Source of the DNA: Escherichia phage ESCO5
Sequence record: NC_047776.2
Length of the DNA stretch: 64,000 nucleotides
Direction: 5' to 3' (one strand)
Of this stretch, positions 1-10,109 are shown in pieces. The notes below the pieces were generated by a model. It was not told where the DNA came from and ran no database searches. It saw nothing but the letters and a program-made list of their open reading frames with translations. A program made the position numbers and the translations under genes. The stretch's first letter is position 1. Every line of letters starts with the position of its first letter.

Positions 1-1
1 A

Positions 2-529
2 TGGTCAGAAGTGTACGCATCTACAGGAACCATTAATACTTCAGATGGAACATTAAAAACTAAACCTACAGAGATTGAAGATATTTTACTGAAAGCGTGG
101 GAAGATATTCATGTAATCTCTTATCAATGGCTGAGTGCTATCGCGGAGAAAGGAGATTCTGCGCGTATTCATTTTGGTGTTATAGCTCAAGATGTAAGAG
201 ATATTCTGATTAATTATGGTTTAATGGATGAAAATAGCACTGATTGTAAGTATGCTTTTCTGTGTTATGATGAATACCCTGCTATGTACGATAGTGTTGT
301 TACGGGACAAAAAGAAATCCCTTTATTTGATGATGAAGGGAATGTTGTAATTGATGAAGAAGGTAATCCAGTAACAATCGTAGAAGATGTTGTAGAAACT
401 ATCGAAATAATTCCAGCAGGATCGCGATGGGGTATCCGCGCTGACCAAATGTTTTTTATTGAGATGGCTTATCAACGTAAAAAGTTAAAAGCTCTTGAAG
501 AAAGACTTGCAACCCTGGAAAGTAAATAA
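2..529 (+). CDS. C-terminal fragment of a tail fibre/tailspike with intramolecular chaperone (peptidase S74-like) domain; 5' end lies outside the window
   Basis: Frame is open to window start. Motifs SDGTLK, HFGVIAQDV and a C-terminal coiled coil (KKLKALEERLATLES) match the self-cleaving chaperone domain of endosialidases and phage fibres. Confidence 0.6.
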   Translation, partial: WSEVYASTGTINTSDGTLKTKPTEIEDILLKAWEDIHVISYQWLSAIAEKGDSARIHFGVIAQDVRDILINYGLMDENSTDCKYAFLCYDEYPAMYDSVVTGQKEIPLFDDEGNVVIDEEGNPVTIVEDVVETIEIIPAGSRWGIRADQMFFIEMAYQRKKLKALEERLATLESK

Positions 530-556
530 TACCGCTTAGGCGGTATTTCAATCTTT
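529..556 (+). terminator. intrinsic terminator-like hairpin
   Basis: taccgcttaggcggta hairpin followed by a T-rich run just after the stop at 529. Confidence 0.4.
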
Positions 557-577
557 ATATCTCACTTAGAGGTACTC

Positions 578-841
578 ATGGTTAAAGAGAAAAACGGTTT
601 TAAAAAATTTATTCGCGGAATGTTCTGCACTTACCCCGGCAACGGGGTAAGCTCTACGAAAGTCTGGAACGCTGTAGGCATGTCGGTTATGACAGGCATG
701 TTTATCTTTTTAGGAATAGAAAAAGAAATTCCTGAATGGATGGGTTGGGCTTTTGTTTTCATGATAACCCCTTCTCGCCTCATGAAAAATCTTATTGATT
801 TACGTTGGGGCAGATCACAATCTACCAAAGAGGATGACTAA
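578..841 (+). CDS. hypothetical small protein, hydrophobic core
   Basis: 87-aa ORF with AGAGG upstream of the ATG; stop overlaps the next start. Confidence 0.4.
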   Translation: MVKEKNGFKKFIRGMFCTYPGNGVSSTKVWNAVGMSVMTGMFIFLGIEKEIPEWMGWAFVFMITPSRLMKNLIDLRWGRSQSTKEDD

Positions 842-2328
842 TGGACGAATATGGTTTGACAGATGCGGGATTTGTAATCCCGACTTTTGACGATGTTTTA
901 AACAACTACATGACAGCAGTAAAAAACACATTTGGTGCAGATGCAGCCACTTCGGAAGATACTGTGATCGGACAACTGTTTAGAATAATTGCATACACAG
1001 ATTACACATTGTGGGAAGGTATGCAAGGGGTTTATAATACTCAAACACTGGATGGTGCAGAAGGTATTTATCTTGACGAAATCTTTTCTAAACGTGGTTT
1101 CTATCGAGCAGGGGCAGCAGCAAGTACAGGTTATGCATATGTTAAAAGTAATAACAAAGCAGCTTGGACTTACGAGTTAGGCACAGATATTTACTTCAAC
1201 TCTGATAGCGATATGAACTACTATGTTAGCACACCAACTATGTTGAATGCTAAGATTGCAGCTTATCAAATTTCTCGTGCTAATGCCACTGCTACAGGTG
1301 TTCCAAATATTACTTTTTATGCACAAAGTGCGATAGATGGAGGACTAAACAGTAAAACACTTGCACCTGGTTCTTCTACATTTATAGCCGATCTTGAAAC
1401 TTTTATCAAGGCAAACTTAACAGAGGCTGATCGTAGTCTTGTATTTTCTGATTCTGGTAACTTGTCAATTGGTTTTACTTCTTTAACCAGTGATACTCCA
1501 GTGGGACTAGTAACTCCTATCAAATTTTATGCTAGTGTTCCAGTTGGAACCAAATGGAGTGAAATTCCGGTAGTTGCAGCAGAGAAAGGATACAATCCGG
1601 TGGGTGTGGAGTCTATTACAGGGATATCTTCTACCTTTACAGGTTATCTTGATAGTGGTAACTTCTATTCGTTTTCTCCTGGTCGAGATGTTGAGACAGA
1701 TGCAGAATTCCGCTCTCGTTTCAATGACAACGTTGACGAAGCTAACGCAGGGACACGAGCAGCTATTGTGAAAGCTCTGTTACTTACAGATGGTGTTACT
1801 AAGGTGAAGATTTATGATAACCCTACGTTACATGATCAAGAACATGCTCCAGCTATGACTTTCCAGACTATAGTCTATGGAGGGAGTGCTGAAGAAGTTG
1901 CTGAAGTTATTTACAAAACTAAACCAATCAACAGTTTGACACATGGAACAACTAACATAACTGTTACAACGGAAGACGGAGGACAAGAAATTATTCGTTT
2001 TTCTCCTGGTGCTTCTGCTACGTATTCCGTAAAACTTGTTTATCAAACTGTCAACGGAACAACTTTAAGTGGAACAGAAAAACAAAACATTGTAGAAGCT
2101 TTACAAAACCTGCAAGCTTACTTTGAATTAGGTTCTTCAGTAACGAACGATCAAATCAAAGGTGTTATTTATGCAGCACTTGCTTTTGGACGCTTGACTT
2201 CTCTTCGTGTTTATGTTAAACTTAATACTGAGGATGACAGTAAATATACAGAGAATAATATAGTTCCTGCTTATAATGTTGTCCCTTCTTTTGACCTTGA
2301 TAACATTTCTTACGAGTATGGAGTGTAA
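841..2328 (+). CDS. baseplate protein (gpJ-like, tentative)
   Basis: 495-aa ORF heading a J-I-H-G-like order of baseplate and fibre genes; call rests on size and context only. Confidence 0.45.
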   Translation: MDEYGLTDAGFVIPTFDDVLNNYMTAVKNTFGADAATSEDTVIGQLFRIIAYTDYTLWEGMQGVYNTQTLDGAEGIYLDEIFSKRGFYRAGAAASTGYAYVKSNNKAAWTYELGTDIYFNSDSDMNYYVSTPTMLNAKIAAYQISRANATATGVPNITFYAQSAIDGGLNSKTLAPGSSTFIADLETFIKANLTEADRSLVFSDSGNLSIGFTSLTSDTPVGLVTPIKFYASVPVGTKWSEIPVVAAEKGYNPVGVESITGISSTFTGYLDSGNFYSFSPGRDVETDAEFRSRFNDNVDEANAGTRAAIVKALLLTDGVTKVKIYDNPTLHDQEHAPAMTFQTIVYGGSAEEVAEVIYKTKPINSLTHGTTNITVTTEDGGQEIIRFSPGASATYSVKLVYQTVNGTTLSGTEKQNIVEALQNLQAYFELGSSVTNDQIKGVIYAALAFGRLTSLRVYVKLNTEDDSKYTENNIVPAYNVVPSFDLDNISYEYGV

Positions 2329-2330
2329 AA

Positions 2331-2960
2331 ATGGCAGTGAGTGTTGACCATGTAACAACTTGGGCCAGTATCAATGAAGATGTTAAAAACCTTCTGATTG
2401 AAGATTTTAAATCTTCTCCTAACATTGTCAAGCTCCTCTACATCGTATCCAGTGAAAAGCAAAAGATAGATCAGGCAATGATCTATCTTGCTAAACACCG
2501 CTTGATCTCCACAGCCACAGGCAAATACCTAGATATCTTAGGAGAAGAAATGGGGATCGAACGTAATGGCTCTGATGATGAAGAGTATAGAACAATATTA
2601 AAAATCAGGGCTTACCGCGTAGCCTCATCGGGGACTCGTGGTGACATAATTGATATCTTCGCCCGTTTCACAGGAACAGAGCGTGAAACGCTTAATACTT
2701 ACGTAGGTTTGAATAAAACCTTTGATGTGTTTTTCTACAACCTGTGTCTTCAATCTGATCAAGCTTTAGAGCAGTTGCTAAGTGTTTTCCCTATTATTAG
2801 TAGCTACCGTCTTGGAGCAAAAGCAGGATCAGCTTTTGGTTTTAGTTCTTATTATGCTGCCAAACCGCCTCATGGTATTGGTGGTTTAGGTTCCCTGTAC
2901 ATGGAATCTACTGGGGATGAAACAGGACGCATGTGTACGCTTCTCAAGCAAATAGATTAA
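2331..2960 (+). CDS. baseplate/tail protein (gpI-like, tentative)
   Basis: 209-aa ORF directly after the gpJ-like gene; context-based call. Confidence 0.4.
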   Translation: MAVSVDHVTTWASINEDVKNLLIEDFKSSPNIVKLLYIVSSEKQKIDQAMIYLAKHRLISTATGKYLDILGEEMGIERNGSDDEEYRTILKIRAYRVASSGTRGDIIDIFARFTGTERETLNTYVGLNKTFDVFFYNLCLQSDQALEQLLSVFPIISSYRLGAKAGSAFGFSSYYAAKPPHGIGGLGSLYMESTGDETGRMCTLLKQID

Positions 2961-2969
2961 GGAGTTTAA

Positions 2970-4031
2970 ATGGCGAAGCCAATATATTATCCTGACTGGG
3001 CTACACAAACTGTAACGCTCCCAGGAACTTTAAACACAAACAAAATTAGACCTAAAGAAACCATCCGCACAATTGGTATGGATTATGGTCAAATCATGAC
3101 TTGCGAAGAAATGAACTGGATTCTTAATAATATCGGTTTATGGATTCGCTATTTGGTGGATGACTTTCTTCCAACTTTACCTGATACTTACTTGCCTTTA
3201 ATTGGAACTAAGATTACAATGGCAGGTGATGCTACTGGTGAGGCTACTTGGAATGGTAATAAAGAAGTTACTTTATCTATCCAAGTTCAAGATAATAGTC
3301 ATAATCACTTGTCGGCAAACATTACAGATGCCACTAGTTCAACAGTAACACCAAACGTGTTGGTAAAACGTGATGCAGGTGGTGCTATTTACGGTGGTGA
3401 TATTTATGTTAATGGCACTTCCACAACAGATCCTGCAACACTGTTCTTCAAAAACTTTGCAGGACAAACGAATGGTGAGATTTCTGCCGAGTATCAAAGC
3501 GGAGGTCAGCTTTACATCTATCGTAGAAATCCTAGCACAGGTAGTGTATCGGCAGGTGTTCGTTTATATGATGCAGGTTATGTTCTAATAGATAATCCAA
3601 GATCAAACAGTGGACAAGACACTTCTAACGGAAATGCTTTAGTTCGTTTAGATTATCTGAACTCTCGTTTGACTTCCCTTCAGAATACATTGCAGACGAA
3701 TATTAACACTGTTCAAAACAACTTGAATAATGTTAACAACAACCTCTCTTCTCGTATAAACAATGTAGAAAGTAATCATCAAAGTCAGATTACAAATAAC
3801 TACAACTATGCTAACGGAACCTTTGTAAGAGATATTCGTTATACTAGCCAAGGTGTGTATTATCCACCAGGGAACGAGGTTTCTTGGACTTATATCTGTT
3901 CTTCTGGTTATGTTCTTTCTGGTATTATCGTACAGGAAACAGGACGTAGCTCTGCGGATAACATCGGTGGGGTTTACTTCAAACGCCTCCAGCGCAACGT
4001 TAACGGAAACTGGTACGATATTGGAGGCTAA
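2970..4031 (+). CDS. tail fibre protein
   Basis: 353 aa with N/Q-rich heptad-like segment (NTVQNNLNNVNNNLSSRINNVESN) and Gly/Ser/Thr-rich C-terminal part; sits in the fibre gene block. Confidence 0.5.
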   Translation: MAKPIYYPDWATQTVTLPGTLNTNKIRPKETIRTIGMDYGQIMTCEEMNWILNNIGLWIRYLVDDFLPTLPDTYLPLIGTKITMAGDATGEATWNGNKEVTLSIQVQDNSHNHLSANITDATSSTVTPNVLVKRDAGGAIYGGDIYVNGTSTTDPATLFFKNFAGQTNGEISAEYQSGGQLYIYRRNPSTGSVSAGVRLYDAGYVLIDNPRSNSGQDTSNGNALVRLDYLNSRLTSLQNTLQTNINTVQNNLNNVNNNLSSRINNVESNHQSQITNNYNYANGTFVRDIRYTSQGVYYPPGNEVSWTYICSSGYVLSGIIVQETGRSSADNIGGVYFKRLQRNVNGNWYDIGG

Positions 4032-4577
4032 ATGATATTTACAAACTTTAAAAAATATATTCCTGAAGACCCTGAACTAAAAGAATTGGTAGAAGCAGAG
4101 AACATTCTTTTTCTTCGTTGCGATCAAGGTTACGATTGGTATGATTTACGTAGCACAGAATTCAATAACGATAAAATGAAAGTCGTTTTTGATGATCAAA
4201 ATCGTATTGTGTTTTGGAATACTGATCCTACACTACTTTGCCCTGAAGATCTTTCTATAGCACAAGTAGACTTTAACATAGATACTTTTGAGGATATTAG
4301 GAACAAGGTTCTGGATTTAGAAACCTTAACTCTTAAGAATAAAGAGTATTCCCGTGAAGAGTTGATGACACAAGCTAGTGCAAAAATTCGCTCTTTACAA
4401 GAAACAGCGGTAGCACTTATAACACCTTTACAGTATGCTAAAGATTTAGAAATGGCTACTGAAGACGAATTAGCTTATCTTAAAAATCTTCAAGTTTATG
4501 TAGTTAAACTAAATCGTGTTCCGCTTCAAAAAGACTATCCTTACGCTATAGATTGGCCTACATTACCGACAGAATAA
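4032..4577 (+). CDS. hypothetical protein, possible tail fibre assembly factor
   Basis: 181-aa ORF immediately after the fibre gene with overlapping stop/start (TAAATG); context only. Confidence 0.35.
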   Translation: MIFTNFKKYIPEDPELKELVEAENILFLRCDQGYDWYDLRSTEFNNDKMKVVFDDQNRIVFWNTDPTLLCPEDLSIAQVDFNIDTFEDIRNKVLDLETLTLKNKEYSREELMTQASAKIRSLQETAVALITPLQYAKDLEMATEDELAYLKNLQVYVVKLNRVPLQKDYPYAIDWPTLPTE

Positions 4578-4586
4578 GGGATCACT

Positions 4587-4922
4587 ATGGAATTTCAAGA
4601 AGCATGGGGACTTGCAAAGGATGCAATAATCCCTTTAATCGGAGTCATCTGGTTCTTTTTCAAACAAAAAATGGATAAATTCGGCTCTGATCTTGAGGAA
4701 ATGGAGGAGAAAAGTCGAGAGCTAGAGAAGAAGTTGGTCTTTGTTGAATCAACTTATGCAACTAAAGCCGAACTTACCCAGATGCTAAATCAAATTAACT
4801 CTACATTAATGGCAAATAATAACACTCTTGAGCAAAAAATTGAAAAGATTATGGACCTCAAGAATGCGACTATCCAAATGATGCTAGATGACATAGTTAA
4901 ACGTACACAGAATAAGGGGTAA
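4587..4922 (+). CDS. hypothetical membrane-anchored coiled-coil protein
   Basis: 111 aa; N-terminal hydrophobic helix (IIPLIGVIWFFF) followed by a predicted coiled coil. Confidence 0.45.
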   Translation: MEFQEAWGLAKDAIIPLIGVIWFFFKQKMDKFGSDLEEMEEKSRELEKKLVFVESTYATKAELTQMLNQINSTLMANNNTLEQKIEKIMDLKNATIQMMLDDIVKRTQNKG

Positions 4923-4925
4923 TTA

Positions 4926-7900
4926 ATGGCAACATTCCCAACATATCCAGCAACGTCTCTCGAACAGGGCGTAGACCTGGTTATTTTCTCATCTAACCAA
5001 CTCCATGATGTTATTAATGGAAGTGCTACAGAGAGTATTGAAACAGAATCAGGGTTGATACCAACCCTGAGAAAATCCCTTGTTGACAACTTTTTCTTTA
5101 AAAGCCCATTGGATTGGGCGCAAGGCACAAACGAAACAGTTTTTAACCAACTACGTTATTTTCAGAATGGGGTATTGAGCGGTTATTATTATGCTCCTAA
5201 TGCTACATTGGTAAACCCAATTCCTATGCAAGGGACTCCAGTAGGAGATAACAACTGGGTATTGTGGGGACTGAAGACAGAACAACTAGCAACAGAAGTC
5301 ACCCCTTGGGTATATTCTGGTGCAACTGGTTATGAAACAGTAATCAGTCCTCCCTACATCTTTGATAGTGCTATTGTTACAATCAATGGTGTTATTCAGG
5401 TTCTGGGAGAAGCTTTCCGCATAGAAGATAGTAAAATCATTTTATCTGAACCTTTGGGACATGATCCTGCAACAGGACTGCCAAACAAGCTTTTTGCCTA
5501 TATTGGTAAAATCGTAGCTTCCGCAGATACAGATCCTAACTTAGAAAACCGTCTTGTCAGTTTAGAAACAAAAACTGAAGAACTGACAGAAAACATGGAT
5601 AAAGTACCTTTACAAACTATTGCTCGTAAATACGGTTTGTTGGATGACGAAGTAGCTTACGCAACAGCGGGTCAATCATTAACAGGGATTAAAGCTCTGT
5701 ATGATCCGGTAGCACAATCTTCCTACACATTGCCTCCTAACATCACAGGGACTTTAACATCTTTGTCTGTTTCTGGAGTAATGACTTATTCTGGCGGATC
5801 TGTAGATCTTTCTGCATTAGCTGTTGAACGTGGACAGTTTGTTCATTTGCCTACAAGCTTTGGTAATAATGTAACTCTGACAGCTAAAAATCAGACGATT
5901 GGGCGTGGCGCTGGTCGCTATCGTTGGGCGGGAAGTTTACCAAAAAGTATTTTAGCTTCTGATACATTGGAAACAAGTGGTGGATTAGGTCCAAATGCAT
6001 GGGTTCTAACTAATACAGAAGGACTGTTAACCCCTCGTGGTGGAACATACAACGATTTATTCGATGTTGTCCGCTTATCAGAATTTGCTAACAATACAAC
6101 TACCTATACCACACCAGAAGCAGCTTTCCAGGCGGCACTGTTAGCAGCAAAAGCTTCGAAAAGTAAGATTCTCGACGCTTACGGTTGTGATATGACTTTC
6201 ACGACAAGCTCTTTTGATATTCAAGATATCACTTTGCGTGGGGGTGTGTTCCGTGGTCAACGCGATTATCGTGTGCAAAATGCTACAGTAGAAGGCACAA
6301 CTTTCCGTAACTCTCGTGTTATGTATTGGGGTGGTGCTGTGCGCATGTTCGATTGTTTGTGGGACGGTGCTCCTCGCGCAGGTCAAGTTGGTAGCTTGGT
6401 ATTCCAAGGAAACCCAATATCAGGTACTTTTGAAATTGATAATTGTACTTTTAAAAACGGGTTATATGGCATCCTTCAACAAGGAACAGGGGAACCAGTA
6501 ACACGCGGTGTCTTCCGTAACCTTACCTTCATGGACATGCAAGGTGATGCAATAGAACTGAACGTCATCAATAAACATTATGATGATGGTTGTGTGATTG
6601 AGAATATTTACCTGTCTAATATTGATGGGACTAACGCTCCTATTCCTCTGTCCAACTGGGGTATCGGTATTGGTGTGGCTGGTAAAGGACCATATGGTTA
6701 CGGAATTCCTGATGATCAATATTGCAAGAATATTACAATTCGTAACGTTTTTGCAAAACGTTGTCGTCAGATTGTCCACGTAGAAGTTGGTCGTAATATT
6801 TCTATCGAAAACATTCATGGCGATCCAGATCAAACTGTATCTGTTGGGACAGGTTTGGCAACTGGCGCAGTTGTAATGTATGGAAGTAAAGATTTTACGA
6901 TTGATGGTGTTTACGGAGAGCCTAAAACAGACGGTAGCACACTTGCAAGTAATATCCGTATGATTTATTTGGAGTGGGGAACTAACGCAGTTCTGGATGA
7001 AGAGGGCAATCCGGTAGTTCCGGCACAGGGCAGACCTTCAAACCCATGCTTTAACTATTCTGTTCGTAACATTCACACCAAAACTGGGCGTGTTTTTGCA
7101 GGAGTTTCCGCTGGGCCAGGTTATGAAAACAGAGTCAGCTTTGAGAATATCCATTGTGCTGCGTTGCAGTTGTTCGGTGTAGCTTCTTGGCTTTCAATGT
7201 CTAACATCACCTGTAATATCTTTGATTGTGTTGGTCAACCTGAATCTGGTCCAGGGACATTTTATGATGGATTCTTCCGTAGAGAAAAATCTGTTCTTGA
7301 GATGGTTAACGTAAACTGTTACCCAGATGGCAAGACTATGGTTACTGGTCGCCCACAGTGGAGCCGTTGCCGTTACTCTGATATTCATCGTGTCAACTGT
7401 AATGTTGAAGCTAATATGTATACCAATATCGCAGGTGGTATTGGAGCTATTGTAGGGACAACTGGCAAAGTTTATTACTTAGAGCCTAACCCTAGCCGAA
7501 ACATTGATGGGATGCATTTCCCAACAGGGAAGGAGTTTGACAAAGGGGATATGATAGTCAAAGCGGATAATACGTTCTTCCTTGTAACAACAAGTGGGGC
7601 ATACATTCCAGATATCCCAGCTTTCGGTATTCGAGCTACACAAGCAGGAGATACCTTCCTGACACAGAACTTGACTCCTAATGGGACAGCAACAAACGCT
7701 TCTTGGTTGTATCACTATCCTCTGTCAGCAGGAACACGTATCCGTATTCCTGGTGCTGGTGTAGGTGGAGCAGATTTGGACACAGTTATTACTCGTGCAC
7801 CTTATCAAGATAATGATACGTGGACTAACCCAGTTAAAATAGACATTGCAGATCCAATTGTAACGCCTACGAGTGCTGGAGTTAGAATCAAAACCATACC

Positions 7901-7979
7901 TAACGATTCTAGTAATGTTTCTGTAGGTAATACTGCGGTTATTCGCCCAACACCAGTGGTAGATGTGCCAACAACCTAA
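4926..7979 (+). CDS. tailspike / tail fibre with parallel beta-helix (possible depolymerase)
   Basis: 1017 aa; recurring rung-like motifs (IENIHGD, VRNIHTK, FENIHCA, NITIRNV) typical of pectate-lyase-fold tailspikes. Confidence 0.6.
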   Translation: MATFPTYPATSLEQGVDLVIFSSNQLHDVINGSATESIETESGLIPTLRKSLVDNFFFKSPLDWAQGTNETVFNQLRYFQNGVLSGYYYAPNATLVNPIPMQGTPVGDNNWVLWGLKTEQLATEVTPWVYSGATGYETVISPPYIFDSAIVTINGVIQVLGEAFRIEDSKIILSEPLGHDPATGLPNKLFAYIGKIVASADTDPNLENRLVSLETKTEELTENMDKVPLQTIARKYGLLDDEVAYATAGQSLTGIKALYDPVAQSSYTLPPNITGTLTSLSVSGVMTYSGGSVDLSALAVERGQFVHLPTSFGNNVTLTAKNQTIGRGAGRYRWAGSLPKSILASDTLETSGGLGPNAWVLTNTEGLLTPRGGTYNDLFDVVRLSEFANNTTTYTTPEAAFQAALLAAKASKSKILDAYGCDMTFTTSSFDIQDITLRGGVFRGQRDYRVQNATVEGTTFRNSRVMYWGGAVRMFDCLWDGAPRAGQVGSLVFQGNPISGTFEIDNCTFKNGLYGILQQGTGEPVTRGVFRNLTFMDMQGDAIELNVINKHYDDGCVIENIYLSNIDGTNAPIPLSNWGIGIGVAGKGPYGYGIPDDQYCKNITIRNVFAKRCRQIVHVEVGRNISIENIHGDPDQTVSVGTGLATGAVVMYGSKDFTIDGVYGEPKTDGSTLASNIRMIYLEWGTNAVLDEEGNPVVPAQGRPSNPCFNYSVRNIHTKTGRVFAGVSAGPGYENRVSFENIHCAALQLFGVASWLSMSNITCNIFDCVGQPESGPGTFYDGFFRREKSVLEMVNVNCYPDGKTMVTGRPQWSRCRYSDIHRVNCNVEANMYTNIAGGIGAIVGTTGKVYYLEPNPSRNIDGMHFPTGKEFDKGDMIVKADNTFFLVTTSGAYIPDIPAFGIRATQAGDTFLTQNLTPNGTATNASWLYHYPLSAGTRIRIPGAGVGGADLDTVITRAPYQDNDTWTNPVKIDIADPIVTPTSAGVRIKTIPNDSSNVSVGNTAVIRPTPVVDVPTT

Positions 7980-8043
7980 TGGAAATAGAGAGGGGGATTC
8001 CCCCTCTTCTTCCAATAGAATGGTCTAATAATAGGAGAGATAA

Positions 8044-10068
8044 ATGAATTTAACAAGACCTAATAGTGCGATAGCCGATCTAGTAGAAGCTACTTATCGA
8101 AAACGTCGCAGTTTTGAGGCAGGTTTTACATTACGTAATTCCCGTGAAGTTTTGCTGTTAGCGGCAGAAGGGAATTATTACCAATGGAAAGGAACTTTTC
8201 CTAAAGTAGTTCCAGCAAACTCTACGCCAGCCACCACAGGTGGTATTTCTTCCCTTGCATGGCAAAGTGTTGGGACCGCTGATGATATAGCAATTATCAA
8301 TGCCAAGTTTACGGCAATGCAGCAACAGATTGATGATCTGTCGGAAACAATACCTGAAGCTGGTAAATCGGCTTATCAGATCGCACTTGATAATGGTTTT
8401 GTTGGAACAGAAGCACAATGGCTTGCTTCTTTGAAAGGGGATACTGGTGCTCAACTTAATATTAAAGGATCATTAGCAAGCACTAGTGAACTACCATCTA
8501 CAGGTAACGTAGCAGGTGATGGTTATATTGTAGGAGATGTAATCTACGCTTGGGATGGGGCTGTTTGGAAACTTATCTCTTCTCTTGGGCCAGAAGGGAA
8601 ATCAGCTTACGAGGTATGGTTAGCAGATGGTAATACAGGATCTGTTTATGACTTTCTTGCCTCTATAAAAGGTGATAAAGGAGACGTTGGTCCTACAGGT
8701 CCACAGGGTGCACCTGGTGTCAACGCTAATGGTTTTGATTACCGTGGAGATTTGCCTTCTACAAGTAACTTACCACAACCTAACTCTGAAAACGTAAGCC
8801 AAGCTTATTCTATTAATGGTAATCTTTATGTCTCTAATGGGACAGCTTGGGTCAACATGGGTAATATTGTTGGTCCTCAAGGTCCACAAGGTGAGGCAGG
8901 TAAAGACGGTCTAGATGGAACAGATGGAGACGAAGGGAAATCTGCATATCAAAGTTGGCTGGATGCTGGTAATGAAGGGACAGAAGTAGATTTTATTGCC
9001 TCACTTAAAGGTCCAAAAGGAGACAAGGGTGATCAAGGAGAGCGAGGTCCACAAGGTGAACTAGGTCCACAAGGACCAGTGGGTGCAACAGGATCAGGTT
9101 TAGAGATTATCGGGGTTCTGAACAGCGAAGCTGAACTTCCTCCTACTGGAGAAGTAGGTGATGCATATAAAATTAATAATGATTTGTATGTTTGGGTTCA
9201 AGATGCTACAGAATGGATGAATGTAGGCAGTCTTGGAGGAACATCAATTACAGCTAAAGGTCATGTTCCGAACAGTGAAGCTCTCCCTGTTTATAATAAC
9301 TACGGTGATGCCTATTTAACTGAAGACACTAGTAATCTTTACATCTATACCTACGATCAAGACACCAATTCCGCATCTTTTGTTGACATGGGAAGTATTA
9401 AAGGCGACAAAGGTGAAAAAGGGGATAAAGGAGATAAGGGTGATCCTGGAACAAACGGAACCAACGGTACTGATGGGACCAACGGTAAGGACGGCGCACA
9501 GTGGTTTGTAGCAACAACTAATCCAGTCACAGGAGACGGTGTTATCAATGATTACGCCTTCAATACTACCACTGGAGCAGTATTTAAGAAAACAGATTCT
9601 TCTACGTGGACACTTATAGGAACTCTTCCTAGTATACCAGAAGCCCCTCAAGACGGCTTGACGTATGGTCGTTCTGATGGAAACTGGATCGAAATATCAG
9701 GATCAGATCCTACGGAAGCTATAACACCAACTAGAGTTACAGCAGGTTTCATGGAACTTGAAACAACTACTGCCAACTCTGGAGCATCTTGGACTCCTTC
9801 TGGAACTTCCAATATGTATGTTGTTACAGTAACTGACGCTCTGACAGTTGGAGCATGGCCTGGTGTCACTGGCTCTACAAAACCTAAAGCGTTTTCAGCA
9901 ATGATTTATTTGATTCAAGATACAACGGGACACACGGTTACACTAGATGCGTCTTATGGAGCACTAAATGATACAGAAATAGCAACTACTGCTAACGCAG
10001 TAACAATTTTGCAATTAACGTATCCTGGTGTGGGTGATATCGTGGACATGGTTGTTGTAACACGATAA
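8044..10068 (+). CDS. tail fibre with collagen-like Gly-X-Y segments
   Basis: 674 aa; several G-X-Y runs (GPTGPQGAPG; GPQGPQGEAGKDGLDGTDGDEGK; GDKGEKGDKGDKGDPGTNGTNGTDGTNGKDG) and three GKSAY(Q/E)-W/A-L-D/A-GN modules. Confidence 0.7.
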   Translation: MNLTRPNSAIADLVEATYRKRRSFEAGFTLRNSREVLLLAAEGNYYQWKGTFPKVVPANSTPATTGGISSLAWQSVGTADDIAIINAKFTAMQQQIDDLSETIPEAGKSAYQIALDNGFVGTEAQWLASLKGDTGAQLNIKGSLASTSELPSTGNVAGDGYIVGDVIYAWDGAVWKLISSLGPEGKSAYEVWLADGNTGSVYDFLASIKGDKGDVGPTGPQGAPGVNANGFDYRGDLPSTSNLPQPNSENVSQAYSINGNLYVSNGTAWVNMGNIVGPQGPQGEAGKDGLDGTDGDEGKSAYQSWLDAGNEGTEVDFIASLKGPKGDKGDQGERGPQGELGPQGPVGATGSGLEIIGVLNSEAELPPTGEVGDAYKINNDLYVWVQDATEWMNVGSLGGTSITAKGHVPNSEALPVYNNYGDAYLTEDTSNLYIYTYDQDTNSASFVDMGSIKGDKGEKGDKGDKGDPGTNGTNGTDGTNGKDGAQWFVATTNPVTGDGVINDYAFNTTTGAVFKKTDSSTWTLIGTLPSIPEAPQDGLTYGRSDGNWIEISGSDPTEAITPTRVTAGFMELETTTANSGASWTPSGTSNMYVVTVTDALTVGAWPGVTGSTKPKAFSAMIYLIQDTTGHTVTLDASYGALNDTEIATTANAVTILQLTYPGVGDIVDMVVVTR

Positions 10069-10070
10069 CA

Positions 10071-10096
10071 GAAGCCCCGAAAGGGGCTTTCTTTTT
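10071..10096 (+). terminator. rho-independent terminator
   Basis: agccccgaaaggggct hairpin followed by ttcttttt. Confidence 0.6.
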
Positions 10097-10109
10097 ATGG
10101 AGGGTTTAA

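Noticed and set aside
7988-8010. Terminator after the tailspike gene (gagagggggattccccctcttc hairpin).
   Set aside because: The hairpin is clear but no U-tract follows and the next gene starts 30 bp downstream on the same strand; may be a read-through stem-loop rather than a terminator.
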